Positions 1 to 11,632 are shown, counted from the whole stretch's first letter. The stretch is 63,644 bases of DNA, filler included, from Folioceros fuciformis (GCA_049999805.1; 3 parts of 2 records of this genome joined end to end with filler, not necessarily neighbours in it); one strand, 5' to 3'. Numbers and translations are program-made. Notes: generated by a model not told the origin, from the letters alone.

Positions 1-44
1 GGAGTGGAGTGTAGTTGTGTTGGATTGTTTGGAGCTGGCTTCGC

Positions 45-1229
45 ATGGCTGTGGTGGAGAGCGTCCCGGTGATGGAGAAACATTTCCGGCTTCCCACGGA
101 GCTGGATGAGTACATGCAGGAGTCGATATACCACATGGTAGGGTTCTGTTCTACGGAGGAGGAGATGAAGAAGAGGGAGACAGAGGCGAAGGAGGAGCAG
201 AGGAAGCTGCAGGCTCAGCTGGCGAGGATGCAGCAGAAGATGCGGGAGCTGGAATTCAAGAGCGGGAAGGCGAAGGAGGAGGCGGCGTTGAATGCGCAAG
301 CTCTGAGGCGGCAGGTAGCGGAGTGCTCGAAGCTGACGGAGCAGTGTTCCCGGCTTAAGGAGGAGTGTTCTAGGCTGGAGAACGAGTGCCAGCTGTTTCA
401 CAATGATAGGGAGGTGTTCATGGAGGCTGCCGATGAAGCGGAGGAACGGGCTGCGGAGGCGTACGAGAGAGCTACCGATGCGGAAGCCAGGGCTAGCGCG
501 CTCTTCGCTGAGACGGAGAGGTTGAAGCGGCAGTTGGCGCTCACCGGCGCTAGGGTGGAGGGAGGGGAGAGCGTCAGCACATTGCGGGCCAGAGTGTCGC
601 AGTTGGAGGCGGATAACGGCCGTTTGCAGAAGGAGCTGAGCGCGGCGAGGTCGGAGGCCCAATTGGAGCTCAGTTCGGCTCATGACCAGATTGCCAAGCT
701 CGGGAAGGATAAGGCGGAATTGATGGCTCTCGTGTCCACTGCCAATGAGCGCTACCGTGAGCTGTTGAGGGAGTTGACTGCGGCGCAGGATGGTAGTTCT
801 GTGTTGCGGGAGGTTGAGCTGCCGGTTAATTTGATAGGGGCTGCGGCTGCCGGTGCTGGAGTGTGCAAGGCTATGGAGCAAGAGAACAGAGCCGCTGCCT
901 CTGACTGCAAGTCGTTGGTGAAGAGTATGAAGAAGGAGCTGTACAAGAGCAAGGCTAAGCTGAGTGTGGCTGAAGAGAAGGTGCAGGCATTGTTAGAAGA
1001 GGTGGAGGAGTTGAAGGCAGCGGTGGCTCTGTCGAATGAAGATTCCAGCAGGACAGCAGAAGAAATGCAGTACATGAGTGCTGAGAACAAGGTCATGAGG
1101 CTGATTCTAAGTGCAAGGGCTGATTCGCTTTCCATCAGTCCAAATACTGGCGTCTCGAACTGTCTGAAGGGCGTTTCAAGGCCTCCAAGTCAAGTTCAGG
1201 GGTGGCACAAATGCATGCAACGGATGTGA
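45..1229 (+). CDS. Long coiled-coil protein of unknown function
   Basis: Open frame from ATG at 45; E/K/A/L-rich heptad-like sequence throughout; GC3-rich codons. The 3' end may be spliced. Confidence 0.75.
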   Translation: MAVVESVPVMEKHFRLPTELDEYMQESIYHMVGFCSTEEEMKKRETEAKEEQRKLQAQLARMQQKMRELEFKSGKAKEEAALNAQALRRQVAECSKLTEQCSRLKEECSRLENECQLFHNDREVFMEAADEAEERAAEAYERATDAEARASALFAETERLKRQLALTGARVEGGESVSTLRARVSQLEADNGRLQKELSAARSEAQLELSSAHDQIAKLGKDKAELMALVSTANERYRELLRELTAAQDGSSVLREVELPVNLIGAAAAGAGVCKAMEQENRAAASDCKSLVKSMKKELYKSKAKLSVAEEKVQALLEEVEELKAAVALSNEDSSRTAEEMQYMSAENKVMRLILSARADSLSISPNTGVSNCLKGVSRPPSQVQGWHKCMQRM

Positions 1230-1824
1230 GGACCCCTCATTGTTGTGTACAGGCACGGGTGGTCATATTGGAGTTCATTTGTTACGTGAATCTCCATAGC
1301 TTGGATGACCGACCACTCAGGTTCAAGATCTCTAAGGAAGAAAGCGAGCCATGAGCTACAGCGAGAGATGATGGCTGGAATGTTGGCAACTCAGCCCCCG
1401 ATGTTGCTGGCTCTGTGGGCGTGGGAGGAGAGGAGGCATTGACAGACATGGGGTACCCATGTGTGTGTATTATGTGTTGGCGACTCAATGGCGTATGTGC
1501 GTACATACGTAGCTCACTTGTAACATGGCCGCGTCAACTTGTGGACGCGACAATTTCTCTGCTGGCCACAGGAGTCAGAGGCGTGCGGCGCTGCCATTTC
1601 TGATGTACATTGCGCATGTACTGCCACTTGCAACAGATAACACGGATGCATATGACGTGAACTGCCGTGCACCGCAAGGCGGTTCTGGCTGCGCAGTCTT
1701 CCCTTTGTGATCACGACATGTGTAACTTTGTGACTGGAAATTGTTTTGAATCCTCTTGCCAAGAGGAAAGTATACGTTTGCTTTTACAACACGCAGCATG
1801 TTGCTCGCTGTGATTCAACTTCCG

Positions 1825-4038
1825 TTACTTTCGAGTGCACCCTATGCTACCTACCTGCTCCGTCGTCCGTGCCGTGCCTCGACCACCGTTTAAGTGCAAC
1901 AAAAATTGGTGCGAGCTGCGCAGAACCGTGACAAAATTAGTGGCAGCCAGATCCTTGATTCCCCAGAGAACCCGTTGGAAAGGCTGGCAACTCTTTTTCT
2001 GCGTAGCAGAAATGCAGCAGAAAGCCGAGGTGTCCATGGGACGGCTTCCTTGATAACCCATTTTGGGCAACAAACTGACCACCATGAGACTGCCTGTTGC
2101 TGCGCTGGGATGTTCGGGATGGACCTGGAAGCTCTTGGCCGCAATCACCTTGTGCAGCTTCTGGTTGAGGACGTGCCCTCTGGAAGCAGGCTGCGAATGA
2201 TGCTTTTGCGAAGCAACCATGTCCGTGCCTCCTCCTTTCCCATGCCCAACCCCAGCAGTAGCCTCCGACATCTTCACCGCCTCCCAATTCTGCATGGCCA
2301 GCGGGCTCTCCCCTAGGCCTCGATCATCCACCAACACCTCCCCACCCCTGCTCCCCTCCTGCTGCTGCTTCCCATGCATTTCAGAGACACTGGGTCTGCC
2401 TCTCTGCATCCTCGCCAAATAGGAATCCTTCCTCCTCTGCCTCTCGTGCAAGCCCCGCCGGAACGTCCTCCGGTTGTTCAGCTTCACCACATCCTTGGCC
2501 CTGGCCCTGGCCCTGGCAGCAACATGTTTCATCCTCCCCGGCTGCTGCTGCTGCTGCCCCCCGCTGGCTATGTGCAAGGAGGGCACATGGTTGTACAGAT
2601 GTAGCTGGTCGTAAGGAAACGCCTCTTCTGGATGGGCAGAGAAATTTGGTGCCCTGAATGGATGCCCAACATGGCTCCGCATCAGCAGCAATGAGGCATC
2701 CGCCAGAATCTTGAGAAAGGGCAGCAGGGAGAGGGAAGATCCCCGCTTCATGTCCACTGCCCTCCTGTCCCTCCCTAGCCCGAACAGGCTCGAGTAGCAG
2801 AAAACGGAGAAATGCCCGAACCTCTGCAACGCCAAGGCCAGCTGCTTCTGGTGCAGCCTGGTGTCCCCAAACTCCAAGCTGGTGCCCATGATGATGGCTG
2901 GCTCCGGTGGGCGGCACCATTCTTGCACATGTCCATCATCCACATAACGCCCACGACCATAGCCATCACCTTCTCGCCATTTCCTCTCCTTCAACTTCTG
3001 CCTCTTTTTCTTCAGCCTGCTGCTGTTCCTGGTGGCAGGAAGCTTGGCCATGTGCTCCTCCCACTCATGCTCCACCCGGATCCTAAACGTGCGAGGGCAC
3101 GCAGTGTAATTCATGGGCACCACAGCATCCAGCAAACGTTCCTTCCACCATCTCTCCACGTCCTGGAACTTGCTCAGCGCCTGCTTCCTCTCGGCTCCAA
3201 CAGCCGCAGTGAGCACCAACTGTGGCCTGAGCGACCTGCTCGTCCTCCGGATCTCTCGCAGCAAGGCAGTGACGCAGTCGCATCGCCACCGATCCCACAC
3301 TTGCGGCCTCTCATCCGGGGATGCCAGCCCGGTCTCTGCCTGGAACAGCTCCAGCGTTCTCCCGTCTCTAGAGTACTGCCCGCCCTTCACCACGGGCTTC
3401 TCGTTGGGGAAGCGGATGTAATCAAGATGCAACCCGTCGATGCTGTATTGCGACACGATCTCCCTGCACACTTCCACGATGTGGCTTCTGGCCTCCGGCA
3501 GGCACGGGTTGAGGCTGACGTAGAAGCCGCAGTTGAGGGGCTGCCGCCTCCCGGCCGCATCGTACCAGCTCCACTCCGGGCGGGACAGGTAGAGGTGCGC
3601 CGGGTTTGTGGGCGGCTCCGTCCCCCGCCACAGAGGCATCACGTTGATCCAGGCGTGCAAGGCCATGCCCTTGGCGTGCGCCTCCCCGATGGCCAGCTGC
3701 AGAGGGTCGAAGCCCGGGTGCTTCCAGCCGTACGCCTCCGACCAGGGCTCCAGCCGCGACGGGTAGTATGTGCTGGCGTTCCCCCGCACCTGGAAGAAGA
3801 CGGTGTTGAAGCCCGCCTGGGCCGACCTCTGCATGATGCGCACGATGTCCTGCTCGCTGTGGAAGTCGTATCTCGTCACCCACACTGCGCGAACCTGGTC
3901 CCCGTACCGGAGATTGGGCAGCCGGCCAGATCGCCGGAAGGCTGGGTCCTCCCACTCGTACGGGCAGAGCAGCGCCCCTGTTCCTGCCATGCTGCTCCTC
4001 ATTCCCTGCCCCTTCTCCTCCTGCTCATCCCCGTGCAT
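1825..4038 (-). CDS. Glycoside hydrolase family 10-like (GHL10/DUF187, YddW/DigH-like) protein with low-complexity C-terminal extension
   Basis: Motifs VRAVWV, GFNTVFFQVR, FDPLQLAIGEAHAKGMALHAW, LNPCLPEAR and IDGLHLDYIRFP are typical of DUF187; first in-frame ATG at 4038; catalytic region is uninterrupted; true 3' end uncertain. Confidence 0.8.
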   Translation of the reverse strand: MHGDEQEEKGQGMRSSMAGTGALLCPYEWEDPAFRRSGRLPNLRYGDQVRAVWVTRYDFHSEQDIVRIMQRSAQAGFNTVFFQVRGNASTYYPSRLEPWSEAYGWKHPGFDPLQLAIGEAHAKGMALHAWINVMPLWRGTEPPTNPAHLYLSRPEWSWYDAAGRRQPLNCGFYVSLNPCLPEARSHIVEVCREIVSQYSIDGLHLDYIRFPNEKPVVKGGQYSRDGRTLELFQAETGLASPDERPQVWDRWRCDCVTALLREIRRTSRSLRPQLVLTAAVGAERKQALSKFQDVERWWKERLLDAVVPMNYTACPRTFRIRVEHEWEEHMAKLPATRNSSRLKKKRQKLKERKWREGDGYGRGRYVDDGHVQEWCRPPEPAIIMGTSLEFGDTRLHQKQLALALQRFGHFSVFCYSSLFGLGRDRRAVDMKRGSSLSLLPFLKILADASLLLMRSHVGHPFRAPNFSAHPEEAFPYDQLHLYNHVPSLHIASGGQQQQQPGRMKHVAARARARAKDVVKLNNRRTFRRGLHERQRRKDSYLARMQRGRPSVSEMHGKQQQEGSRGGEVLVDDRGLGESPLAMQNWEAVKMSEATAGVGHGKGGGTDMVASQKHHSQPASRGHVLNQKLHKVIAAKSFQVHPEHPSAATGSLMVVSLLPKMGYQGSRPMDTSAFCCISATQKKSCQPFQRVLWGIKDLAATNFVTVLRSSHQFLLHLNGGRGTARTTEQVGSIGCTRK

Positions 4039-6419
4039 TGCATCCAACCTTCCTTCCGCCTCTTTCTCCTCCTCCTCCTCCGATCCTGCCCTCACAACAT
4101 GCTCTCCTTGCCTCTTTTATTCCGCCTCCCCCGTCCCTTCTCCACCCCCATCTGCCACGCACAAGAACAAACACCCACCATCCTCGTCGGCTCTCAAGCG
4201 TCACAATACCAAGGTCTGGACTGAAAAATGCTGGCTCCTACATGATAACTGAACACTGAAACAACCTCTCATGTTGCTTCATACATGGTCCATCACACTG
4301 AGTAGAGCACAAAGAAAGATGTAATCCTGCAGACACTCTGAATACTACTGACAGGGTCTCACACCTGCTGAACACTGAAACACGATGTCACATCTCAAGC
4401 AAGGTCCCCCAAACTCACACGATATACTCATAAAAATCTCACATGATCTCCTGAATCCTCACTTTGAGGTCTCACACCTGACGATCCTCGACGACGAAGA
4501 GGAAGAAGGCTCGATATTGAAAGAGGCCAGGCCTGGATAGGAAACAACTCTCAAGCTAAGAATCCCCCACAAAGTGAAAGAATTAACAATCCTGTACGAA
4601 CGAGTGGCGGAGGCACGACCAGGACTTCAGGCTCCAGTGCATTGAAACAAACTGACACCGAAAGAAGCCTCGCTTTACGCTGGTGGGCTACATCGAGCGC
4701 TAGCGGTGAAAGAATCTGCAACTGAATGAAGGTCTCGCGCTTTACGCTGCTGGGCTGCATCGAGCGCCACGACCCAGAGGCGACATAACCGATGGTAGGG
4801 GGCGGGGAAGGCGTGGAAAGAGATTTGCGTGCGGGGAGGAAGAAAGGGAGGGGAATTGCGTGCGGAGGCGAGACACAGTGGTGTCGTTGATATACACGCA
4901 CCAACTGCTGGCTTCCCAGCAACGAGAAAGGGGAAGGGGAAGGGCAGGGTGAGACGTGGGATAGATATGCCACCAAATCCTGAGTTACAGCACACTAATA
5001 GGGCTGCGCATGGGGTGAGATGCGGAGTTGCGGGCTAAGTGGGCGGAGCTGGCGTGCGCACTGGCAAGAACGGGAGCTGGTGCGCTGGGCCAGACGTGCG
5101 TTGGCGGGGCTGCAACAAGTAAGCCCCTCAACCATAGCCGGATGCGGAGTTCCAAGTGAGGGCCCCGCCTATTCTGCCTTCCCCCAAGCTCGACATTCTA
5201 AAACGCCAGGTGTGCCAAGCCAGTCCCAGCCTCGGAATCAGCAAGCCAGTCGTGCGTTTGTTACAGTGCGGGATCTCCCAGTCCCGTTCCGTTCCCGCCT
5301 GCTACTATATTATCTGGCCCGCCAGCCTGGGGGAGAATGGTGGCTCGCACAGCACGGGCTTTGCGTTAGCAGCAAACGCAATGACAGTGAAAATCGGCAG
5401 GGACGAGCCCGAGTGAACTGACTGACAGCAAGAAATGCGCACACCAGACGTCTCAAGATTCCTGTTGTGAACAGTCCACCTGTGTAATGGACGACGGGCG
5501 ACTCCATGACTTTGCAGTGTAAGACAGGGTCGGGCAAGAGATGTAAATTGTGAAAGGCAACGGACGTACATGGGGTGAATGAATCTAGGTCGAGGTTAAT
5601 TTCCACTCTTAAACGTTTATTGGCTCAGTCTAAGAGACGTCTAGACTGGTTGCTCCGTGCCACTCGGTCGCGGAGCTGCACTCGGAGCGGTGACGAGGAA
5701 GATGCAGCTCCGAGTGATCGCCTGAAGAGTTTGTTGCTACGGATCCGAAGATCTGGAGCCATGGCAGCTCCGGAAAATGTAGGATTAGGTGAGTCTGCTC
5801 TGGACCCGCTCGAGGTGCTTCGTTTCTGGAAAGATCTCATCCGGCTAGCACCTGGTTGCGTGGGAGCTGGAATTTGGAAGATTGGTTTGGCTGTTGATGT
5901 TCCTGAAAATTTGGCGCTTGAGTTCATGAGTTGGATCTTCGGCTGCGGTGTTTATTTGCGTTAGAACGGATTCAGCATACTCTCCAGGAGACTGAGTTTT
6001 GTGTGAAAGGGATGAGCTCTTGGTGCGAAGAATAGGTTTGGTCATTCATTTCGTGTGCTGGTTTCGGTGGTCACTGATGGATGTTTGAAGGTTTTTCTGC
6101 TTGTACGTCGTGTTGGATTTGTTATTCAGGGGAAAAATGTTTTCGAGTGCACCATTGTAGGCAGGATGCCGCTGGAGAATGTTCTCTTAATACCATGATG
6201 GCTGCCAGGTACAGAAGCAACTCCCCCACCCCCACCCGAGCCGGCGAAATTTTGGATCAAATACAGGTGGCCAATTCGGTTCGTTCTTGCGGCCAACGTT
6301 GCCATGGGTGGTGAGTAATTGCTGCGGCCTCGTTGCTTTCAGCGAGTGGCCTTCAAACAGCTAGTTCTAACGTCAATCCTTGTTCATGCTCGAATTGATG
6401 TGATGGTAGTTCCTGCTAT

Positions 6420-6770
6420 GTGGTCACAGCTTATTTCTTATTTGCCCCCGATGGAAAACAACGCGGGAAGCACAGAGTCGAACACCCGAAGAGGTCGTCC
6501 GAGAAGAAGGTAGTTTCTCCAGATAAGACAGCTGCTGTGGTTCAAGAGTCAGGTCTGGAGGAAACGACCACAGAACCGATACCAGCTGTCAAGTTTGTGC
6601 CAAGAGCAAAGCCGCCTGTGACTCCGGAGCAGCAGAGGCAAGTTCTTCAGTACATTCTGGATGAAAAGCGGAAGTTGAAGCCCAAGACGAAGAAGGAGAA
6701 AGCTAAACTGGATGAAGAAAAAGCCCTGCTGAAGCATCTGCTACGGAGTGCGGAATTGCCTGCTATCTGA
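6420..6770 (+). CDS. Last exon of a small conserved plant protein of unknown function (upstream exons probably near 5761-6230)
   Basis: C-terminus QVLQYILDEKRKLKPKTKKEKAKLDEEKALLKHLLRSAELPAI resembles, from recall, a conserved uncharacterised plant family; possible AG acceptor near 6430. Confidence 0.5.
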   Translation: MVTAYFLFAPDGKQRGKHRVEHPKRSSEKKVVSPDKTAAVVQESGLEETTTEPIPAVKFVPRAKPPVTPEQQRQVLQYILDEKRKLKPKTKKEKAKLDEEKALLKHLLRSAELPAI

Positions 6771-7201
6771 ATCGATGGCGGAAGCTACCAGCATCAAACA
6801 GGCAGAAGTACCTGCATGGCTTGGACCGTTACTCGAGCATTGAGTGTTTGCAAACGTCACCCAGGAGGGGAAGATGATCGCTTGGTAGGAAGTGAGAACC
6901 GTGTTTCGCAGTGTTCTTTACTCTTAGATTTTGTGAACTTCCTATTGCCACCAGATTGTGTGATCATACCCGTGTATGTTTCTTCGGGGACTGACTCCCT
7001 TGGTCAACTGGGCGAAGCACTCCATATGGGCCGCCTCTGTTGCACCGGGTGGCGTCTTCGTTGTGGAATGGGCTCAAGGCCATTGCGTACTGCAACGGGT
7101 ATTGCGAGCAAGTCTAGAGTCAGTGGCCTCTACTAGCAATTATAGTGTCCTTCCTTACCCGCGTTTTACCCTCACAGGGTTTCTTCCACGAAAAAGCCTA
7201 C

Positions 7202-10200
7202 TCACGACTCTGAGTCCAATTGCCTCGCATACCCAGCGTTCTCCATTTCGCAAATGAGCTGTTCTAGCCTTGCGTACACAGCTTCCCTGTCGGGATGTTT
7301 TTTGTCCCCGACCAAAAAAGTGTGCACTACGCCGTCAATGTCTGTCCACCAGCTCTGGCCCGGCTCCTTCCAGGCCTTCATTCCAGTTCTCCTGGCCTGC
7401 ATCTCCTCTGCCTGTTCCCACATGTTGACGCGTTTGTAAATGTTTGACATCAACACATACGCGGCAGCATCGTTCGCGTCCAGCTTGACTGCTTCCTGAA
7501 AAGCATGAAGTCCCACCTCCACATTGCTCCACATTCGACAAGCACCCAGTAGGCTGTGCCAGACTGCTGAGTCGGGCCGCATAGGCATTGTGCTGAACAA
7601 ATCCAGTGCCTCGTCCAGTAGGCCTGCACGACCCAGGAGATCCATCATGGTTGTGTAGTGCCCAACTGTGGGACTGCAGCCGTAGTGTTTGGTCATGGCC
7701 TCGAAGTACTGTCTCCCATCCTTCACGAGACCGGCATGACTGCATACTGTTAGCACACTGAGGAAGGTGACGCCCGTTGGCTGTATGCCATCATCTCTCA
7801 TTCTGTGGAACAAGTCAAAGACCGCTTCACTGTCTCCTTGACGGCTGTAGCCTGCAATCAAGGCATTCCAGGCCACTACATCTCGATTGGCCAGTGCCTC
7901 GAACACTTGCTGTGCATGAAACATGCTCCCAGACTTTGCATACATATTTATCAAACTGATCGCTACAAGCACCTCAGACTGTAGCCCCTGTTGTGTGATC
8001 TTTGCATGAAGCTGCTTTCCCAGATGCAAAGCCGCCACGTTTGCACACGCCTGGAGGAGGCACACAAATGTCACAGCATCAGGTGCAACTACGGCTTCGT
8101 TTTGCATAGCTCTGTACAGACGAAATGCTTCGTGTCCCATACCCTGCTGGGCATAACCTCCAATCATGGTGTTCCACATTACCACATCTTTGTGAGGAAG
8201 CTTGTCAAACACGCCCTGAGCATCTTCCAAGTTGCCGCACTTGACATATCCTGCCATCAGAGCGGTCCATGTCACCACATTCTTTTTTCCAAGTCCGTCA
8301 AACACTCTTTGGGCGTCTTCCAAGCTGCCACACTTCGCATACATGTTCACCAGGCTGCCACCTACTTTCACATCAGTCTGAAGGCCTCGTTCTCCAATCT
8401 GTGTATGCAGCTGTTTCCCAGTCTCCAAAGCAGGTGCGCCTACAGTTGCACATGCCTGCAGGAGAGTTACAAATGTTACAGAATCAGGCACAGCAGTGCC
8501 TTCTTCTCGCATTTCATTGTAAACGTGAAGGGCTTTCTCTCCCATGCCCTGCTGAGCGTATCCTGCTATCAAGGTTGTCCACGTCACCACATTCTTGTCA
8601 CTAATTCCGTCAAACACTCTTTGGGCATCTTCTAAGCTGCCACATTTTGCATACATATCCACCAGACAGCTACAAACGAATAGATCAGGCTCAACCCCGC
8701 TGGCGAAGACATCAGCATGCAACTGCTGCCCAGATGTCAAGTCTCTTGCCCTTGCACAAGCTTGCAGGGCCGATGCAAAGATATGGCCATCTGGCTTCAC
8801 ACTTGACCTGCGCATGTGATGATACAGTTTTATGGCCTGGTTATCTTGTCCATGTTTAACATGTGCAGAGATTAGCGAAAACCAAATGAAGACGTCTGGC
8901 TTGGTGACCATACTGAACACGTCCATTGCTTCTTGCAAACTGTCAAGAGTAGCATACATTTGCAACATACAGTTGGACAAGAAGGTGTCCGACTTATACT
9001 GCCCTCTCATAATGAGAGCATGGACACAACGACCCAGAGCCAGATCCTTCTGCTGCCCGCATCTTTTCAACACGGTATGAAATAGGGATCGTGGAATATG
9101 GTGGTGTGCTTGTACCAAAACTCCTAGAGCCTCAACAGCCTCGACAAGGTGCCCCTGCTGACATAGTCTCCTCACCGTATCAGCGGTTACACTGATTTCG
9201 AATCCTGTAGGCCTCCGACAGTCATTATCATGTCGCTCATTCAAGTTGTTAGTACAACCCATCTGCTTATCCTCGGCTACAAGCTGCACATCTTTCTTCA
9301 TTTTCTGAATCAACCATTCCAGCATTGCATATATACCGTCACTCTCAGGATGCTTTGCATCCCCAACCAAAAAGCTGTGCACCACTCCGTCCATGTCTGT
9401 CCACCGGCTCTGGCCTGGCTCCTTCCATGCCCCAATACTTGCTCTCCTCTCCTGCATCTCCTGTGCCTGCTCCCACATCTTGGCACCCCAATATATGTTC
9501 GACATCAACATATAAGCTGCAGAGTCGTTTTTGTCTAGATTCACTGCTTCTTTGAAAGCATGAGTTCCCACCTCTACATTGCTCCACATTTGACAAGCAC
9601 CCAGTAGAGTGTGCCAAACTGCAGCATCAGGAAGCAAAGGCATTGACCTTACCAAAGCTAGAGCCGCGTCCAGTTGGCCTGCACGACCCAAGAGATCCAC
9701 CATGCATGTGTAGTGCTCCACGGTGGGAGAGATGCCATAGTGTCTGCTCATAGCCTCAAAGTACTCTTGCCCCATCTTCACTAGACCTGCATGACTGCAT
9801 ACTGTTAGCAGACCAACGAACGTGACGCCAGTTGGCTGAGTGCCATCCTCTCTCATTCTGTTAAACAAGTCAAAGACGACTTCAGTGTCTACCTGATGGC
9901 TGTAGCCAGCAATAAGTGCATTCCAGGCAACGACACCTCTTTCCGGCAATGCTTCAAAAACCTGCCGGGCGCGGACCATGCTCCCACACTTTGCATACAT
10001 ATTTACCAAACTGACAGCAACAGGCACATCAGCCTGAAGTCCTTGTTCGACAATCTGAGCATGGAGCTGCTTTCCAACATGCAGGGCTACGACATCTGCA
10101 CATGCCTGCAGGAGGCAGACAAATGTCACAGCATTCGGCACAACGATACCTTCTCCCTGCATTCTCCTGTACAGATGAAGGGCTTCCTGCCCCATGCCCT

Positions 10201-11632
10201 GCTGGGAATATCCTGCAATCATGGCATTCCACGTTGCGACGTCCTTGTGAGGGAGCCTGTCAAACACTTTCTGCGCGTCTTCCAAGCTGCCACACTTCAC
10301 AAATCCTGCTATCAGAGCATTGCACGTTGCCACATCCTTGTGAGTGAGTTTGTCAAACACTCTTTGAGCGTCTTCCAAGCTGCCACATTTGGCATACATG
10401 TCTACCAAGCTGCAGCCTACTACTACGTCATCCTGAAGTCCCCGTTCTCCAATTTTCGTGTGAAGCTGTTTCCCCTGTTCCAAAGCCATGCTTCCTACAC
10501 TGGCACAGGCCTGCAGGAGGCACACAAAAGTAACACAATTGGGTGCAGCAAGGCCGTCTTGTTGCATGGCATCGTAGAGCTGAAGGGCTTGTTGACCTTT
10601 ACCCTGCTGGGCATATCCTGCTATCAGAGCTGTCCACGTAACCACATTTTTGCGATCGAGTCCATCAAACACTCTCTGAGCTTCTTCCAAGCTGCCGCAC
10701 TTTGCATACATGTCCACCAATCCACTACCAACAAACACATCAGGTTCACCGCCAGTCGCCAACACATCTGCGTGCACCTGCTGCCCAGATTCCAAGTCTG
10801 CCCCCTTCGCACAAGCCTTAAGCGCTGCTACGAACACATGACCGTCGGGCTTCACACTTGACCTGCGCAGCCGATGGTACAATTGTATGGCCTGATCATC
10901 CTGTCCGTGTTCAACATGCGCAGAGATTATGGAAGACCACATGAAGGCATCTGGTTTACCAACCCCGGTAAACACGTCCATTGCTTCGTGCAAGCTGGCA
11001 TGAGTAGCATACATCCGAAGGATGTGGTTGCACAAGAACGTGTCCGACTCGTAGCCCCATTTCACAGCCAGAGCGTGGACCCGACGACCAAGAACCAGAT
11101 GCTTCTGACTCACACATCCTTGCAGCACAGTATACAAGAGAGATTGAGAAACATGATAGTCTGTCTCCACCAAAACTCCCAGACCCTCAACAGCCTCGCT
11201 AAACTGCCCCTGTTGACATAGATGGCTCACCGTATCAGCCGTTACGTCATTCTCGCATCCTGCAGGCCTGCGTAGTCCAAGATCGTTCCGCATTGTCCAG
11301 TTGGAAGTAGTGGCACGACGACCCATCCGCATATCCACAGCTGCCAGCTGCACATCCACTAAACATTTCCTGTCCCAGAGGGCCTCCTGGGACTCACAGC
11401 TATGCCGGAAAACGGCCTCGTCACATCTTGAAGTCAGACCAGCCAACCAATTTTCGTTGTTCTGCACCAGGAAACCCGTTGCCACCCGAGGCCATGTGCC
11501 CCTGTCTGTGGACGTAGGGCAAGGGGCCGAGCAGCCATGATCAGCACAAGCACCTCGTGACAATATGGAGACCCCCACACCCAGTTCCCCTACGCCAAGC
11601 CCTGCGCAAGCTGAACCAGGTGTCCAAATCAT
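7202..11632 (-). CDS. PLS-class PPR protein (organellar RNA-editing factor type) with two tandem PLS-E-E+ modules and no complete DYW domain
   Basis: Repeated motifs LVDMYAKCGSLEDAQ, VTWTALIAGY and VTFVCLLQAC; two E domains (HYTCMVDLLGRAG, HYTTMMDLLGRAG) and two PG boxes (KEPGQSRW, KEPGQSWW); single intronless ORF. Confidence 0.93.
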   Translation of the reverse strand: MIWTPGSACAGLGVGELGVGVSILSRGACADHGCSAPCPTSTDRGTWPRVATGFLVQNNENWLAGLTSRCDEAVFRHSCESQEALWDRKCLVDVQLAAVDMRMGRRATTSNWTMRNDLGLRRPAGCENDVTADTVSHLCQQGQFSEAVEGLGVLVETDYHVSQSLLYTVLQGCVSQKHLVLGRRVHALAVKWGYESDTFLCNHILRMYATHASLHEAMDVFTGVGKPDAFMWSSIISAHVEHGQDDQAIQLYHRLRRSSVKPDGHVFVAALKACAKGADLESGQQVHADVLATGGEPDVFVGSGLVDMYAKCGSLEEAQRVFDGLDRKNVVTWTALIAGYAQQGKGQQALQLYDAMQQDGLAAPNCVTFVCLLQACASVGSMALEQGKQLHTKIGERGLQDDVVVGCSLVDMYAKCGSLEDAQRVFDKLTHKDVATCNALIAGFVKCGSLEDAQKVFDRLPHKDVATWNAMIAGYSQQGMGQEALHLYRRMQGEGIVVPNAVTFVCLLQACADVVALHVGKQLHAQIVEQGLQADVPVAVSLVNMYAKCGSMVRARQVFEALPERGVVAWNALIAGYSHQVDTEVVFDLFNRMREDGTQPTGVTFVGLLTVCSHAGLVKMGQEYFEAMSRHYGISPTVEHYTCMVDLLGRAGQLDAALALVRSMPLLPDAAVWHTLLGACQMWSNVEVGTHAFKEAVNLDKNDSAAYMLMSNIYWGAKMWEQAQEMQERRASIGAWKEPGQSRWTDMDGVVHSFLVGDAKHPESDGIYAMLEWLIQKMKKDVQLVAEDKQMGCTNNLNERHDNDCRRPTGFEISVTADTVRRLCQQGHLVEAVEALGVLVQAHHHIPRSLFHTVLKRCGQQKDLALGRCVHALIMRGQYKSDTFLSNCMLQMYATLDSLQEAMDVFSMVTKPDVFIWFSLISAHVKHGQDNQAIKLYHHMRRSSVKPDGHIFASALQACARARDLTSGQQLHADVFASGVEPDLFVCSCLVDMYAKCGSLEDAQRVFDGISDKNVVTWTTLIAGYAQQGMGEKALHVYNEMREEGTAVPDSVTFVTLLQACATVGAPALETGKQLHTQIGERGLQTDVKVGGSLVNMYAKCGSLEDAQRVFDGLGKKNVVTWTALMAGYVKCGNLEDAQGVFDKLPHKDVVMWNTMIGGYAQQGMGHEAFRLYRAMQNEAVVAPDAVTFVCLLQACANVAALHLGKQLHAKITQQGLQSEVLVAISLINMYAKSGSMFHAQQVFEALANRDVVAWNALIAGYSRQGDSEAVFDLFHRMRDDGIQPTGVTFLSVLTVCSHAGLVKDGRQYFEAMTKHYGCSPTVGHYTTMMDLLGRAGLLDEALDLFSTMPMRPDSAVWHSLLGACRMWSNVEVGLHAFQEAVKLDANDAAAYVLMSNIYKRVNMWEQAEEMQARRTGMKAWKEPGQSWWTDIDGVVHTFLVGDKKHPDREAVYARLEQLICEMENAGYARQLDSES

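Noticed and set aside
2812-4224. 470-aa ORF on the + strand
   Set aside because: Antisense shadow of the GC-rich GHL10 gene; no recognisable motifs.
7991-11221. Several + strand ORFs of up to 321 aa
   Set aside because: Antisense to the PPR ORF; they only mirror its repeats.
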